DNA from: an uncultured Alphaproteobacteria bacterium
GTDB taxonomy: Bacteria > Pseudomonadota > Alphaproteobacteria > Bin95
Direction: 5' to 3'
DNA length: 64,000 nt
NCBI GenBank assembly: GCA_938083135.1
Contig: CALLKY010000012.1
Location: 986-64,985 of the forward strand
The notes under the pieces are model-generated. The model worked only from the letters and a program-made list of their open reading frames with translations, searched no databases and was not told the origin of the DNA. The position numbers and the translations under genes are program-made. This document shows, piece after piece, positions 62,706-64,000 of the stretch. The number at the start of each line of letters is the position of its first letter. Positions within the stretch are counted from its first letter, which is position 1.

Positions 62706-63590
62706 ATGAAATCCGCAGAGCTTGGTATTTGGCAGTCCTTAGACCGCCTTGGTTATGAGAATGCGTTCCGGATCGCGAATGAGGCTGAGGGCCTTGGTTT
62801 CGACACGATCTGGTACCCGGAATCTGCGATTTCTGAAAGCATGGCCCTTGGCTCTGCGCTGCTGCACCGAACAAAGCGGATCAATGTGGGCAGCTCTATC
62901 GCGAATATCTATGCCCGGGACCCGATGTCTGCCGGGAATGGCGTTCGCACCTTGAATGAACTGTTTCCCGGACGGTTCACATTGGGGTTGGGGGTATCCC
63001 ATGCGCCCGTGGTGCAGGGCATGCGCGGGCATGTGTATGAAAAGCCTTTGCCAGCCATGCGCATGTATTTGGAAGCGATTTATGCGGGCCAGCACAAGCT
63101 TGGGAAATCAACCAGCCTGCCGATCATGCTGGGCGCGCTTGGCCCGTTGATGCTGAAACTATCCGGCGAATTATCCCAGGGCGCGCTGCCGTATAACGTA
63201 ATCCCAGAGCACACAGCCTATGCCCGCGCCAAAATTGGCCCGGAACGACGCCTTGTCGTCGAACAGAAGGTCACTCTTACAAGCGATCCAGCGGAGGCCC
63301 GTCGTATCGCGCGGATGGAGCTTGCGCGCTACATGACATTGCCCAACTACCGCAATAACTGGCTGCGATCCGGCTATTCTGAGGATGATGTTGCGGGCGA
63401 AGGCTCCGACAGGTTCATGGATGGCATGGTCGCTTGGGGGTCTGAGGATGACATTCGCACGCGCATTCAAGCGCATCTGGACGCTGGCGCCGACCAAGTC
63501 GCCATCCAGCCCATTATCGATCACGCACTGATTGACGCTGGTGATTTCAGCGGAATTTCAGACGCCCTGAAGGCACTTGCCCCGGAATAG
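62706..63590 (+). CDS. LLM-class (luciferase-like) F420/flavin-dependent oxidoreductase
   Basis: 294 aa. FDTIWYPE...GRFTLGLGVSHAPVV fits the luciferase-like TIM-barrel family. Confidence 0.75.
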   Translation: MKSAELGIWQSLDRLGYENAFRIANEAEGLGFDTIWYPESAISESMALGSALLHRTKRINVGSSIANIYARDPMSAGNGVRTLNELFPGRFTLGLGVSHAPVVQGMRGHVYEKPLPAMRMYLEAIYAGQHKLGKSTSLPIMLGALGPLMLKLSGELSQGALPYNVIPEHTAYARAKIGPERRLVVEQKVTLTSDPAEARRIARMELARYMTLPNYRNNWLRSGYSEDDVAGEGSDRFMDGMVAWGSEDDIRTRIQAHLDAGADQVAIQPIIDHALIDAGDFSGISDALKALAPE

Positions 63591-63685
63591 CCGAGCGCCA
63601 CGAGAAAGGCGTAAATCTGCTGCCCATTCGGCTTTAAGCGCAGTTTTGCGTAAATTCTACGCTGTATTGCGGCTAGGAGCAGACT

Positions 63686-63994
63686 ATGGCGAAGCGTGGA
63701 TTCATAACGATTTTGGGCATGACGGCTGCGCTATCTACTGTTGATGCTGCAGCGTTCACCCGCGAGGCGGGCGATAGCCTGGTCCGCGATCCTGAGCGGC
63801 GCCAGGTCTCCGTCAGCGCTAGCCGTGACGGTAGCCAGATCCGCCCGAGCCGCGCCCTTACCCGTCGCGATGGCTCATTGCACCTGGATAGCTTGACTGT
63901 TGTTGAGCAAGCGCCAAGTGCGACGGTAGGTGGCAGTCTTTCCCAGAAGGACACAGGAACCCAACGTGCCCTCAATGGCGACTTGGACCTGTAG
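63686..63994 (+). CDS. hypothetical secreted protein
   Basis: 102-aa ORF with a signal-like N-terminus (MAKRGFITILGMTAALSTVDAAAF). No family was recognised, so its coding status is uncertain. Confidence 0.3.
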   Translation: MAKRGFITILGMTAALSTVDAAAFTREAGDSLVRDPERRQVSVSASRDGSQIRPSRALTRRDGSLHLDSLTVVEQAPSATVGGSLSQKDTGTQRALNGDLDL

Positions 63995-64000
63995 GAGAAA

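Noticed and set aside
1-64000. Search for tRNA/rRNA genes, CRISPR arrays, IS elements, prophage or toxin-antitoxin modules.
   Set aside because: Intergenic regions are short (mostly under 200 nt). None contains T-loop-like GGTTCGAATCC motifs, regularly spaced direct repeats or terminal inverted repeats, and no ORF resembles a transposase, integrase, Cas or phage protein.

Overview
This GC-rich window looks like ordinary alphaproteobacterial chromosome. It has a split F0 ATP-synthase operon (atpI-B-E-b'-b), petABC for the cytochrome bc1 complex, and small DUF1127 and DUF1192 proteins. It is densely coding, with about 70 genes. I found no rRNA or tRNA genes, CRISPR arrays, transposases, integrases or phage genes. 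Housekeeping blocks include petABC, the F0 atp genes, smc, dsbA, hemF, trmL and mtnP-mtnA. Between them sit several accessory modules:
- A kps-type ABC capsule export locus (kpsF / kpsMTED plus a glycosyltransferase and a 4,6-dehydratase) lies next to sqdB (UDP-sulfoquinovose synthase) and a GT8-like gene.
- A tightly packed flavin-monooxygenase operon contains CitE-like, NtaA/DszA-like, LLM and ACAD-fold oxygenase genes.
- A five-gene operon starts with an ABC-exporter-like protein and a stand-alone cyclic-nucleotide-binding protein.
- Two translationally coupled secreted proteins have unknown function.
- A soxD-soxA-soxG sarcosine-oxidase-like set has no soxB in the window.

The most unusual item I can support directly from the sequence is the 876-aa ABC-like protein. 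Its nucleotide-binding domain lacks every catalytic motif, and its helical subdomain appears triplicated. All functional calls rest on motif recognition by eye, because no searches were possible.
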